This document shows, in pieces, positions 48,291 through 57,284 of a DNA stretch of 64,000 bases. The notes below the pieces were generated by a model. It was not told the DNA's origin, made no database searches, and saw nothing but the letters and a program-made list of their open reading frames with translations. The stretch is from the IMG/VR virus record IMGVR_UViG_3300031996_000002; one strand, 5' to 3'. Each line of letters begins with the position of its first letter. Within the stretch, counting starts at the first letter, position 1. Source of the DNA: an uncultured virus (IMG/VR IMGVR_UViG_3300031996_000002) (Duplodnaviria > Heunggongvirae > Uroviricota > Caudoviricetes). Both the position numbers and the translations under genes were made by a program.

Positions 48291-49286
48291 TCAGGCCACG
48301 ATGCCGTTGAGGAAGACGCCCACGTCCGGCGAGATCACTCGCATGTCGTAGGTCATCTCGCCCTCGATGCGGTCCGAGGCGATCTGCTCCATGCGGAACC
48401 GCTTGACCCGGATGCCCTGGCCGTTGCCACCGAGGTAGCCGTTCCAGGTGAAGGTGTAGCCCGCAGCGGGCTGCATCAGCGAGGGGCTGGAGGGCGTGTA
48501 GCACAGCAGCGCCGAGTTGGGGTTGGCGATGAAGCTGAAGGATGCAGCAGCGTCCTGGGCAGCTGCATCCGGCACCTGCGGGCCGGTGGCGGAGGTGGCA
48601 TACGACACCAGCACCTTGTCCACGTCGAAGAGCGTCGCGATCAGATCGGTCGAGACGATGCCCTTCTGGGTGTACTTGATCCGGTCGATGATCGCCGGGT
48701 GGTTCTTCAGGGCCTTGAGCACGTTCGCGCCGAGCACGAGGGTGTTGGCCTTGAAGCCGGTCTGCTGGACGAAGTTGACCTGCAGAGTCGACAGCTGGGA
48801 GATCGGGTCCGAGGTGGTCACCGACCAACGGAGCAGCTGGCTGCCCGTCGGGGAGGCGTCCACGCCGGTGTAGTCCGTGCCCCAGACGCCGGTCTTGAAG
48901 TAGGTGGCCGCCCAGTCGATGTCCCGCTTGAGCAGGAGCTGGTTGGTCACGAACGCGGTGGCGTCGCTGTCGAGCCGGAAGCGGGAGTCCGCGTTGGCAC
49001 GAAGCTGGTCGTCGATGTCCTTGTGGACGCCGTAGACGTGCGCGAAGTAGCTGTCCGTGGTCACGTTCCAGCCGACACCAGGGGTCTCGGTGGACGGGGC
49101 CCGGCGCTGCACGTCGGTACGACGCCAGTCGGACTTGGAGTACTTCCAGTAGAGGTCGGACTGCTTCGCAACAGAGACCCTCGGGAAGATCTTTGTCGCG
49201 ATGAACGCGTCAGACTTCTGGATGTAGGCGACCGAAACGTTCGTCAGCGGGGCGTTGACGTGCAGATCGCTCTGGGTGGGGTTCAT
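48291..49286 (-). CDS. major capsid protein (lambda E-like HK97 fold)
   Basis: LHVNAPLTNVSVAY.Q...FIA.KIFP.V.V.KQSD.Y N-terminus, size and position. Confidence 0.88.
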   Translation of the reverse strand: MNPTQSDLHVNAPLTNVSVAYIQKSDAFIATKIFPRVSVAKQSDLYWKYSKSDWRRTDVQRRAPSTETPGVGWNVTTDSYFAHVYGVHKDIDDQLRANADSRFRLDSDATAFVTNQLLLKRDIDWAATYFKTGVWGTDYTGVDASPTGSQLLRWSVTTSDPISQLSTLQVNFVQQTGFKANTLVLGANVLKALKNHPAIIDRIKYTQKGIVSTDLIATLFDVDKVLVSYATSATGPQVPDAAAQDAAASFSFIANPNSALLCYTPSSPSLMQPAAGYTFTWNGYLGGNGQGIRVKRFRMEQIASDRIEGEMTYDMRVISPDVGVFLNGIVA

Positions 49287-49298
49287 TCCTTACCTTCC

Positions 49299-49715
49299 TC
49301 AGCCGATCGTGAGCAGGACCGGGAAGAGCTCGTTAGCTCCCGAGGCCGCTGCCAGAGCGATGCCGTAGCACTTGTCGGTTCCCACGGTGCCGGTGATCCC
49401 GCGCCCGTTGGCATCGCACGTAACTGCAGCGCCCGCAGCGACGGCCGCTCCGGCCATCACGTTGGTCACCCCGCGGATGCCCACGGTGGCGGCCTGACCG
49501 GTCACCTGTGGCTTGTTCTGCATGACTCCGACGGAGACGTCGGTTGCCTTGGTCGTGGCCAGACCCACCTGGTGGGTACCGGTGACCTTGACGAACCGGT
49601 ACTGGAACCCGTAGTTCGGGTTAGCAGCACCGGGGGTGTTCGGCACGCCGGTGTACACCGCGACGGACGAGTCCGCGTTGAGCGAGATAGACCGGAGGCT
49701 CTCTTCGTATGCCAT
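49299..49715 (-). CDS. capsid decoration/cement protein (DUF2190-like)
   Basis: YRFVK, GV.QN.P..GQ.A.V...G...V.AG.AV..G, GIAL.AA motifs. Confidence 0.75.
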   Translation of the reverse strand: MAYEESLRSISLNADSSVAVYTGVPNTPGAANPNYGFQYRFVKVTGTHQVGLATTKATDVSVGVMQNKPQVTGQAATVGIRGVTNVMAGAAVAAGAAVTCDANGRGITGTVGTDKCYGIALAAASGANELFPVLLTIG

Positions 49716-49730
49716 TTACTTCCTCCGTTC

Positions 49731-50546
49731 TTATCGCTGGTTCTCGGCGAGGTACTCGTCGTAGGCCGCTGGGTTGGACTCGAACAAGTCCGCCAGCGCC
49801 TGCTCCCGGCTACCGCCGGACTTGGAGACCATCTGGTCGACGGTCGCCTGGGCCTGGGAGAAAATGTCCGCGTTGTCGCCGCCGCCCTGGTAGCCGACCT
49901 CGTCGAAGAGGGCCTCGCTAGCCGCGTCGAAGCACTTGGCGATCACCGCGCAGTCGTCCTCGGACATGTTCTCGGCGAGGCGCTTCATCACCGGGCCGAG
50001 CACACCGGGGTGCACGGGCAGGTTGTAGGACTTGGCGATCTCGGTGTACTCGCGGTCCAGGCGCATGTCGCGCTCGGACTTGGCGATCTCCTCGGCAGCC
50101 GCAGCCTGGTCCGCGTAGGCGTCCACGGCCGCCAGGGCCTTGGAGATGGCCTGGTCGCGGTCGTCGTCGGTGAGCGCCTTGGAGAGCTCCTCGCGAAGCA
50201 CCTCGGCAGCGCTGGCGCGCTTGGCCACCGGCTCGGGGCGGCGGAAAGCCTTGCCGACGCTGGCGAGCTCAGGCTCGTCCTCGTACTGCAGCTCCTGCTC
50301 GCCCTCGTCCTGTCCATCGAGCTCAAAGAGGTACGCCTGACCATCCTCGCCGTAGACGATGGCACCGTCCTCAAGGGTCTCGGCGTCGAGCGGGTTGCCC
50401 TGCTCGTCGAAGATGTCCATACCCTGTTCCTCCTCGCCGTCGTACGACTTGGCGATAGTGACTGATGCGTGTTGGTTCGCGCCCTTGTCGACCAGCGACA
50501 CCTCGTCGATGATCAGGTCACGAATTTCTCGTACGCGCTTGGTCAT
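49731..50546 (-). CDS. scaffolding protein with N-terminal EVSLVDxxAN segment
   Basis: acidic helical protein upstream of capsid; repeated IAKS; C-terminal NP..Y.EY. Confidence 0.75.
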   Translation of the reverse strand: MTKRVREIRDLIIDEVSLVDKGANQHASVTIAKSYDGEEEQGMDIFDEQGNPLDAETLEDGAIVYGEDGQAYLFELDGQDEGEQELQYEDEPELASVGKAFRRPEPVAKRASAAEVLREELSKALTDDDRDQAISKALAAVDAYADQAAAAEEIAKSERDMRLDREYTEIAKSYNLPVHPGVLGPVMKRLAENMSEDDCAVIAKCFDAASEALFDEVGYQGGGDNADIFSQAQATVDQMVSKSGGSREQALADLFESNPAAYDEYLAENQR

Positions 50547-50588
50547 TCCTTGTACCTCGTTCTAAGTTTCCTGATCTGTGCAACACCC

Positions 50589-52016
50589 TCAGTAGCCAAT
50601 GGCACGCATGGGGGTGTAGCTGCGTCCCCGGCCCTTGCGGTATTGCTTGATCCGGTCTGACCCGATGGCCAAACCGGCTGCGCCGACGCCCAGGGCACCA
50701 GCCTTGCCGAGCTTCTTCAAGGAGCCACGCACCACGGCACCAGAGGGAGAGTGGAGCCCCGTACCGGGTGCGTTCACCTTGAAGCTTGTGTTCTTCTTGG
50801 TGCGCCACTCTTCGCGAGACTTGTGACCGACCGCGCCACGCGCAGTCTGTGCAGCGCCCAGTGCCATGGCCCCCGAGCCGAACATGGTGGCGTTCTGGTA
50901 CCGGGACAGACGGTTCTGCCGCTTGCGCTCGGGGTCGTAGGCCTTGCCGATCTGGCGGTCGTGGCTCAGCGGGGTGAAGGTGCCCTTCTTGGGCTTGATC
51001 ACCTTGGACTTCACCGTCATCTTCGCGGGGTCCCCGAGCTTGATGCTCGGGACCCGCAGGCTCTTGTCCACCTCGGTGAAGGACTTGCCGACCCGGGCGC
51101 GACGCTGGCGGGCAATGGCCCGGTCGTGGCGCTTCTCGTTGAACCGGGCACCGGCCATCACGCCACCGGCGGCCAGCGCGGTGCCATAGCCAGCCAGGGC
51201 GGTGCTGCCGTGCGGCATGGACCGAGCGACGCTGCCCACGGCACGCAGGTTGGCCTTGCGAGCAAAGGCAGCCTCCGGGCCCCGGCCCTTGTTGGCCCAG
51301 GCTCCCTGAGCTCCGCCCTTGACGGCACGGCCCACGACATGGGCCTCCTTGAACGGGTCCTTGCCGCTGTAGATGCCATGCGCCAGCGCAGCAGCGCCCA
51401 CGGTGGAGCCCAGCCCGGCCACGCTCTTGGCCCGGCCACGGGTGCGACGAGAGTCCCTGGCCCGGCGCTCGTGCTCGGAGATGTTCTGCCAGTCCTTCTT
51501 GGAGATCTCCTCGCCCTGATGCACTCCACCAAGTCCAAAGTCCATCCCGGGCTCCCAGCTCTTCTTGATCTTCTTCTGGCCTTCGGCCTTGGTGTACGCC
51601 GCGAAGTTGTAGCCGCCCACCCCACCGACGCCCGAGGAGACGATGCCGGTGTTGATGGCAGTGTTGTTGAGCTGGTGGGACAGCTTGGTGTACTTGGCCG
51701 CCCGCACTGCGGCCGGAGAGTGGACGAAGGCACCCGCCGCCTCGTTGGCCTTGGCAGCGGTTCGGCCCACCCGACCGGCGGCTATCGAGCCACCCTTGAG
51801 TCCCAGGGCGCCCAGGCCCAGGGTGGAGGTGGTCACCGCGATGTGGCTCTGCAACTTCTTGCGCCGGGCCAGCTCGGACTGGGACATCACCCGCTTGGAG
51901 ACCCCGGCGCCTTCCAGCACCTCCGCGGTCTTGTGTCTCCCGGCCATGACGAACTGTCCCGAGAGCGGGTCACGAATGCTCTTGGGACGTCCGGCCTGGA
52001 TGGGGGTGAAGGTCAT
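50589..52016 (-). CDS. basic Gly/Ala-rich modular protein (putative head cargo polyprotein)
   Basis: ATG at 52016 overlaps upstream stop; VSKR, IKKS, ISKK, VGKS, VDKS, IGKA separate cationic modules with hydrophobic helices. Confidence 0.65.
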   Translation of the reverse strand: MTFTPIQAGRPKSIRDPLSGQFVMAGRHKTAEVLEGAGVSKRVMSQSELARRKKLQSHIAVTTSTLGLGALGLKGGSIAAGRVGRTAAKANEAAGAFVHSPAAVRAAKYTKLSHQLNNTAINTGIVSSGVGGVGGYNFAAYTKAEGQKKIKKSWEPGMDFGLGGVHQGEEISKKDWQNISEHERRARDSRRTRGRAKSVAGLGSTVGAAALAHGIYSGKDPFKEAHVVGRAVKGGAQGAWANKGRGPEAAFARKANLRAVGSVARSMPHGSTALAGYGTALAAGGVMAGARFNEKRHDRAIARQRRARVGKSFTEVDKSLRVPSIKLGDPAKMTVKSKVIKPKKGTFTPLSHDRQIGKAYDPERKRQNRLSRYQNATMFGSGAMALGAAQTARGAVGHKSREEWRTKKNTSFKVNAPGTGLHSPSGAVVRGSLKKLGKAGALGVGAAGLAIGSDRIKQYRKGRGRSYTPMRAIGY

Positions 52017-53416
52017 CGTCCCTGCCGACGCCCACTGAACGCAGTGATCTGGTTGGACTTCAGACCGGTCTGGATGTCGCCGCTCTTGACCCCGGCGTTC
52101 CAGGCCTTGGCGCGTGCGCGGGTGCCGATCTTTTCCTGGGCGTGAAATGAGCCGCCCATCGCGCCCACCTCGGCCCCAATCGTGCCGCCAACCACAGCTC
52201 CGCTCCTGCGACGCGTGAGTGCAGTGCCGACCACGGCACCGGCGCCTGCACCAATCCCAGCGCCTCTGGCGGTCGAGCGACCGAGCTGGTGCCAGTTGGC
52301 CGAACGGTTGGTGCCGTTCGGAGAGAAGAACGCGCCTTCGCGGCCCGCAACCTTGCCCGCTCGCCTGCGCGCCCCCGGCTGGGCAAAGGCAGCCCCCTGG
52401 CTCTTCAAGCTCTTGTTGCCGACCAGGTCCTTGCTGATGTCCTCCGGGCCGTGATCCACGCCCCACACCGACACGCCCACGCTGCTCTCCATGTTCTTCC
52501 TGACGCCTAGGCGGTTGCCCAGTGCGGACTGCTGACCTGCGTTGAACCTCGACCGCCCCTTGATCCGGCTGGCGGCGGCACCGAACTGGCCCTGCGAGGC
52601 CCCGGTGGGCACCCCGGTGGGCTTGGCCATCCCACCGATCTGCTTCAGGCCGTTGGCCACGCTGGGTCCGGTCGGCGGCTTGGGGATCTTCGGCATGCCT
52701 GCCGCTCGCGCCAGCACCGGGGTGAAGGCCTTGTGCACCTTCTGGTTCTTGTAGTAGCCCTCCTTGTGGGCGAAGTGCGCACCCACGCCGCCGCCCACCG
52801 CGGGAACCACCAGCGCGCCACCCAGCTCGTATCCGGCAGCCCGCAGCTTCTTGCCCTTGCGGCCAGCCGCCGCAGCGTGCCAGCCGGGGAACACCGCCGC
52901 GGTGGCCATGCGGCCGAAGCTGGCGTTCTCACGGGGCTCGCGCTGGGCCTTCTTGCTGACCTCTTCGAGGTGGTCGACACCCCAGACGGACACAGTGCTC
53001 ATACTCTTGGTCACCTGACTCTTCTTGTTGCGGCCCACCGGGGCCAGTCCGTATTGGGTGCGGCGGTAGCCCTTGTACTGCTTGCGACCGCTGATCTCGT
53101 TCCCGGCGACGGCGCCGCCATAGCCACCGACCGCGGCCTGCGGCCAGCCCGTGACGGCTCGCTCGAACTTCTGGTTCGGCACCCGGGCGCCGGTCTTGGT
53201 GGCCAGCCACGTCACGCCCTTGCGACCTCTGGCGTTCTTGGCCGCCCAGGCGGCTCCTCGTCCGGCGTTGACCCCCCGCCCGGCCAGGGCAGCTCCACCC
53301 AGCCCGGCGGCCAGGCCGGTGAACCCGGCGATCTGCGCGGTGTGGGCGATCTTGGCGTCCTTGGCCTTGGAGCCGTGCTCCTTGTACAGGGCCCGCTCCT
53401 GGCGGATGCTGCTCAT
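52013..53416 (-). CDS. basic Gly-zipper modular protein (putative head cargo polyprotein)
   Basis: two SVWGVDH motifs; VTKS, VSKK, VHKA, VRKN, ISKD; GxxxG helices. Confidence 0.65.
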   Translation of the reverse strand: MSSIRQERALYKEHGSKAKDAKIAHTAQIAGFTGLAAGLGGAALAGRGVNAGRGAAWAAKNARGRKGVTWLATKTGARVPNQKFERAVTGWPQAAVGGYGGAVAGNEISGRKQYKGYRRTQYGLAPVGRNKKSQVTKSMSTVSVWGVDHLEEVSKKAQREPRENASFGRMATAAVFPGWHAAAAGRKGKKLRAAGYELGGALVVPAVGGGVGAHFAHKEGYYKNQKVHKAFTPVLARAAGMPKIPKPPTGPSVANGLKQIGGMAKPTGVPTGASQGQFGAAASRIKGRSRFNAGQQSALGNRLGVRKNMESSVGVSVWGVDHGPEDISKDLVGNKSLKSQGAAFAQPGARRRAGKVAGREGAFFSPNGTNRSANWHQLGRSTARGAGIGAGAGAVVGTALTRRRSGAVVGGTIGAEVGAMGGSFHAQEKIGTRARAKAWNAGVKSGDIQTGLKSNQITAFSGRRQGR

Positions 53417-54303
53417 CGGTCCAGCACTTTGGTCACCCGTTGTCCGGAGCCATGGATGCTGAACTGGGTGCGCTTGCCGTCGCGGACCTGATTCCAGGTC
53501 TCGTCATCGTTGACCTGGAATCCCACCAGCCAGCCGGTGGGGAAGTCGGCAGGCAGACCGAGCTTCTCCTTCTTCTCGTCCGTCACCACAAAGGACTCGA
53601 TCATGTCGCTGACGTGATGAGGCTCCTCGCCGTTGCGGGCGTGCATGTTGCCGCCCTTGCGCGAGGACTTCACGTAGTCGTAGGCGGCCTTCTCGATGGT
53701 CTCCATGGCCATGTAGTCGTCCTGCAGGTCGACCACCGGCTCTCCGTTCATGGTGATCACCGAGGCCCAGCCGAAGACCTGGCGCTTGTCGGCGTTGACC
53801 TTGGAGATCTCGAAGGTGGTGTCGATCTCGACGTTCTTGGAGACCTCACCGTCGTGCACCTCGGTGAGCTGGCGCTTGGCCACCTGCTTCTTGGCGTTGC
53901 GGGCCAGCACCCGGTTGGCCACGGCATCCCCGGCCAGGTTGGCACCCTGCAACCCCAGCCCGGCCAGGGCCAGTCCCTTGGGGTGCTTGGCGGCGAACTC
54001 CGCCCCGGCCACACCAAGCTTCTTGAACCGTCCCGGCGCCTTGAGCACCTTGATGTCGCCGGGCTTGGGAGCGCCCTGGAAGGCCTGCCTGGTGCGCTTG
54101 ATCTCCCCACCCAGAGCGGCACCACCGGCGGTGATTCCCAGCACGTTGGTGGCCAGTCCGATGCGTGCCTGGGTGCGGTTCTTGCTCTCCTCATCCAGGC
54201 TCCGCTTGGCGACGAACTCCCAGGCCCCGTCGCCGTAAAGCAGCTTGGCGATCTCTGCCAGGTCACCCCCGGCGGCGCTCAGGGCACGGGCATTCATCTC
54301 CAT
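53413..54303 (-). CDS. XkdF-like prohead serine protease with N-terminal extension
   Basis: KRQVFGWAS...D.Q.D....IEKAAY...MH...ESF...GW.VGF.V.DD.TW..V..G....FSI.G. Confidence 0.8.
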   Translation of the reverse strand: MEMNARALSAAGGDLAEIAKLLYGDGAWEFVAKRSLDEESKNRTQARIGLATNVLGITAGGAALGGEIKRTRQAFQGAPKPGDIKVLKAPGRFKKLGVAGAEFAAKHPKGLALAGLGLQGANLAGDAVANRVLARNAKKQVAKRQLTEVHDGEVSKNVEIDTTFEISKVNADKRQVFGWASVITMNGEPVVDLQDDYMAMETIEKAAYDYVKSSRKGGNMHARNGEEPHHVSDMIESFVVTDEKKEKLGLPADFPTGWLVGFQVNDDETWNQVRDGKRTQFSIHGSGQRVTKVLDR

Positions 54304-54392
54304 GCCTCAATCATCGAGCGGCCCGCAAGACTGGTTGGTCTTTCTACGCTTGAGGCAGGAAACTCCGTCGAAAATGAGGTCAAGGGGGTCTG

Positions 54393-54734
54393 TTGCTCAT
54401 CTACGCAGCAGCGGCAGTTTTAACTGCCAGCAGCCCAGGGCCCTCAAGCACCGATCTGGTGTCTACTCTGATCACATGGGGACCCGGAGGGGTCGTCCTG
54501 GGGTTGATCATCCTTGGAGTACTGGAACCCTCCAGGTTCCGCAAGATGGTTGAGACCGACCGGGACTCTTGGAAGTCAGCCTTCAGTAACGAACAGGAAG
54601 CTCATCAGTTAACCCGTGTGGCCTTGGCCAAGGCCGAAGAGCGAGCGGAGGCAGCGTTGGAGACCGCCCGGACCACGGCGTCGCTGCTCGAAGAGCTCAA
54701 CCACCGCAAGACCCGACAGACCAGGAGTACGTGA
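54393..54734 (+). CDS. membrane protein with coiled-coil tail
   Basis: N-terminal TM helix then helical tail; first of three + strand genes. Confidence 0.6.
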   Translation: MLIYAAAAVLTASSPGPSSTDLVSTLITWGPGGVVLGLIILGVLEPSRFRKMVETDRDSWKSAFSNEQEAHQLTRVALAKAEERAEAALETARTTASLLEELNHRKTRQTRST

Positions 54735-54979
54735 TGGACTCCCTGTTGCGTTGGTTCAGGGGAACCAAGGAACCAGGGGAAGCACAGCGAGCCGAGAGCT
54801 CCTCGCAGGAGTCCCTGGTCCAGGCCCACAGTGATCTTGAGCGCGCCCAACGCAGGTTGACCGAGTCAAACAAGGTCGCTCGGCGGATACGAGAGCACAA
54901 CGTGGCCAATCACTACGATGACTGGCTCTGCGAGCAATTCTTGAAGTACTACTCCACGTCGAGCTCCCAGAGGAACTGA
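54731..54979 (+). CDS. small coiled-coil protein
   Basis: AGGAG RBS; GTGA overlap. Confidence 0.6.
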   Translation: MMDSLLRWFRGTKEPGEAQRAESSSQESLVQAHSDLERAQRRLTESNKVARRIREHNVANHYDDWLCEQFLKYYSTSSSQRN

Positions 54980-54981
54980 TC

Positions 54982-55338
54982 GTGCCCCTATACGTGACCT
55001 GGTGCGTGATCATCGGCATCGGTCTGTTGAGCTCCGCGACGTTCCTGACGTTGCACCGTCCGGCTCACTGGCTGCGCCCGGCCGCCATCAACGCCACCGG
55101 GTGGGTGGTGATCATCGGGCTGCTCTACGTGCGCTCCGCCATCACCCTGGCCACCAGCTTCGACCGACTGGCCCACAAGCCGTTCTGGTCCCCGGACAAC
55201 CTGATACAGCTGGTCCTGGCCCTGGCGATCGACGCCCTGCTGATCTTTCGGATCTACACCTTCGTGAAGTACCGCGCCCTGGGCACCAGCAGCCCGGCTC
55301 AACCTCAGAAGTCAAACAGGTCGTTGGGCTCGAAGTAG
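54982..55338 (+). CDS. 3-TM membrane protein (holin-like)
   Basis: three hydrophobic helices; GAGGA RBS. Confidence 0.55.
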   Translation: MPLYVTWCVIIGIGLLSSATFLTLHRPAHWLRPAAINATGWVVIIGLLYVRSAITLATSFDRLAHKPFWSPDNLIQLVLALAIDALLIFRIYTFVKYRALGTSSPAQPQKSNRSLGSK

Positions 55339-57284
55339 ACCACGTCGTAGGGCAGCGTCTTGGAGAAGTCGTTGCCGCCCTGGTTGCGGGCGCTGACCGC
55401 ACGGAAGGTGCCGGGGTTGCGGGCACTCCAGGTCGCCCTGGAGTCGTGGATCTCCCCGTCCTCGACGTTGATGTAGTCGCTCACCATGATGGTCGGGGTG
55501 GCCTCGTCGATCTCGTCGGACAGGCTGATGGCGTCCGAGAGCACCCCGGCGGGCACCAGCTTGGTCTCGTACTGCCCGGTCTCCGGTCCCCGGTAGACCT
55601 CGATCATCGGCTGGTCGCGCTCCTCGTCACCGTGCAGGTACCAGTTGAGCGTCTCTGCGTAGGCGTTCCGGTTGACCATCCAGGTCCGGCCGGTGCGAGG
55701 GTCGGTGTAGTGGTACTGGTTGGAGGCCAGGTCACCGGCGTCGAAGTAGCCCAGCTGCTGGTCGACCCAGGACTCCCAGTAGCCCTGCAGGGACTTGGGC
55801 ACCATCCCGTTCTTGACCCAGAGCTGGTCCTGGTCGATGTGGGCCAGGTCGCCGCTGCGGTTGAAGCCGGGGACCAGGACCGTGTACAGCGGCATCTCCC
55901 CGACCACCCAGCGGTCGCTCTTGCCCGGCGGGACCGGGGCGGGCTTGTCCATCCCCAGCGAGGAGCGCACGACGTCGTCGGAGGGGAAGCGAGCCTTGGG
56001 CAGGGAGACCTTGGGCAGGCCGCGCTTGGGCTGGTCCAGCGAGGTCTTCTCCTGGCCGACTTCGCTCAGTGAGGTCTTGGCGTTCAACGAGACCCGCTTG
56101 AGGGAGGAGCGGCCGAGCTTGTCGCGCCCCAGGGAGACCGGCACCCCCGGCAGCGGCGGCAGGGTGCCCGGCAGCGGGGGCAGCTCCTGCTGCCCCTCGA
56201 CAACGTCCGGGATGGTGATGGGGGTCAGCTTCACCCGCGGGGCCGGGTCCTTGAACCCCAGCTTGGGCTTGGCCTTGGAGCGGGACTCCTGGCGCGAGAA
56301 CCGGCCGTGGCGGTCCCGGTCGTAGGGGTCGTCGCCGAAGTTCTTGCCGACCAGCTCCTCCTCGCGCACCGGGCGGAACAGGCTGGTCACGTCGAAGGCC
56401 AGGTCGATGTCGCAGCGGCAGTTCGGGTGGGTGGGCGGCGACCAGAACTTCCCGGCGTCGGTGACGAACGGCTGGGCGATCGGCACCTCGACCTTGTGCA
56501 ACGGGCCGCACACCGCGCAGACCCGCTCGTCCTTGGCGGTGCGCCAGACCCGGGTCGCCTCGGGCGGGATGGTGCCCTTCTGAATGCCGTACATCCAGAC
56601 CAGCTGCTTGGCCTGGCTACGGGCCGTCCAGGCCTCATTCTCCCCGATCTGGTGGGCCCTGGTGGCCAGCGCCTTGTCGATGATGGCGTCGGCCTTGGCG
56701 TCACGGCGTGAGGACACCGGGGAGGCGGAGAGCACCTTGGGGTCCTCACCGGTCCAGATGGTCACCAGCGAGTTCATCGTGCGCGGTGGCGTGCCGATGG
56801 CGTGCACCACGTTGCTCAGCGCCTTGCGGGGCGGGACCTTGCGGTTGACCTGGGCGTGGAACCCCGAGACCGCGGCCTCGATGGTCACCTCGTTCAGCGA
56901 GGCCCCCAGTTCGGCGGCATACCCCTCGGCGATGTCCAGCAGGTACTCCTGGGATATATCTCCGGCCTGGGCCTGGGCCAGCCCCTCCAGGTAGCCCGCC
57001 ACCAGGTGCGGGGCCACCAGCTGCACCCAGCGGGGGATGAAGGCGTTGGCGGTGGCCTGGGCCACCAGGGACAGGTCCGAGGGGTCCTTGTCCTTCATCT
57101 CCTGGTTCAGCCGCCGCTTGAGGTACCTGTGGTACAGCAGGAAGGCAGCCCCCAGCCCCGCCGCCACCAGGACCAGCGAGTGGTCCGGGTTGGGGTGGTC
57201 GATCCGATCGGCCAGGGCCTGCTCATCGGGGGTGAGCTCGGCCCCGGCCAGGTTCGGGGAGGGGTCCAGCAGGGGCTGACTCAT
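55305..57284 (-). CDS. MuF-like minor head protein with C-terminal extension
   Basis: WRTAKDERVCAVC..LH...PP.HPNCRC MuF signature followed by about 370 extra residues. Confidence 0.8.
   Translation of the reverse strand: MSQPLLDPSPNLAGAELTPDEQALADRIDHPNPDHSLVLVAAGLGAAFLLYHRYLKRRLNQEMKDKDPSDLSLVAQATANAFIPRWVQLVAPHLVAGYLEGLAQAQAGDISQEYLLDIAEGYAAELGASLNEVTIEAAVSGFHAQVNRKVPPRKALSNVVHAIGTPPRTMNSLVTIWTGEDPKVLSASPVSSRRDAKADAIIDKALATRAHQIGENEAWTARSQAKQLVWMYGIQKGTIPPEATRVWRTAKDERVCAVCGPLHKVEVPIAQPFVTDAGKFWSPPTHPNCRCDIDLAFDVTSLFRPVREEELVGKNFGDDPYDRDRHGRFSRQESRSKAKPKLGFKDPAPRVKLTPITIPDVVEGQQELPPLPGTLPPLPGVPVSLGRDKLGRSSLKRVSLNAKTSLSEVGQEKTSLDQPKRGLPKVSLPKARFPSDDVVRSSLGMDKPAPVPPGKSDRWVVGEMPLYTVLVPGFNRSGDLAHIDQDQLWVKNGMVPKSLQGYWESWVDQQLGYFDAGDLASNQYHYTDPRTGRTWMVNRNAYAETLNWYLHGDEERDQPMIEVYRGPETGQYETKLVPAGVLSDAISLSDEIDEATPTIMVSDYINVEDGEIHDSRATWSARNPGTFRAVSARNQGGNDFSKTLPYDVVYFEPNDLFDF

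Noticed and set aside
50589..52466. 625-aa ORF as listed in the ORF track
   Set aside because: The 5' 150 codons overlap the upstream gene in another frame; ATG at 52016 with ATGA coupling is the more plausible start.
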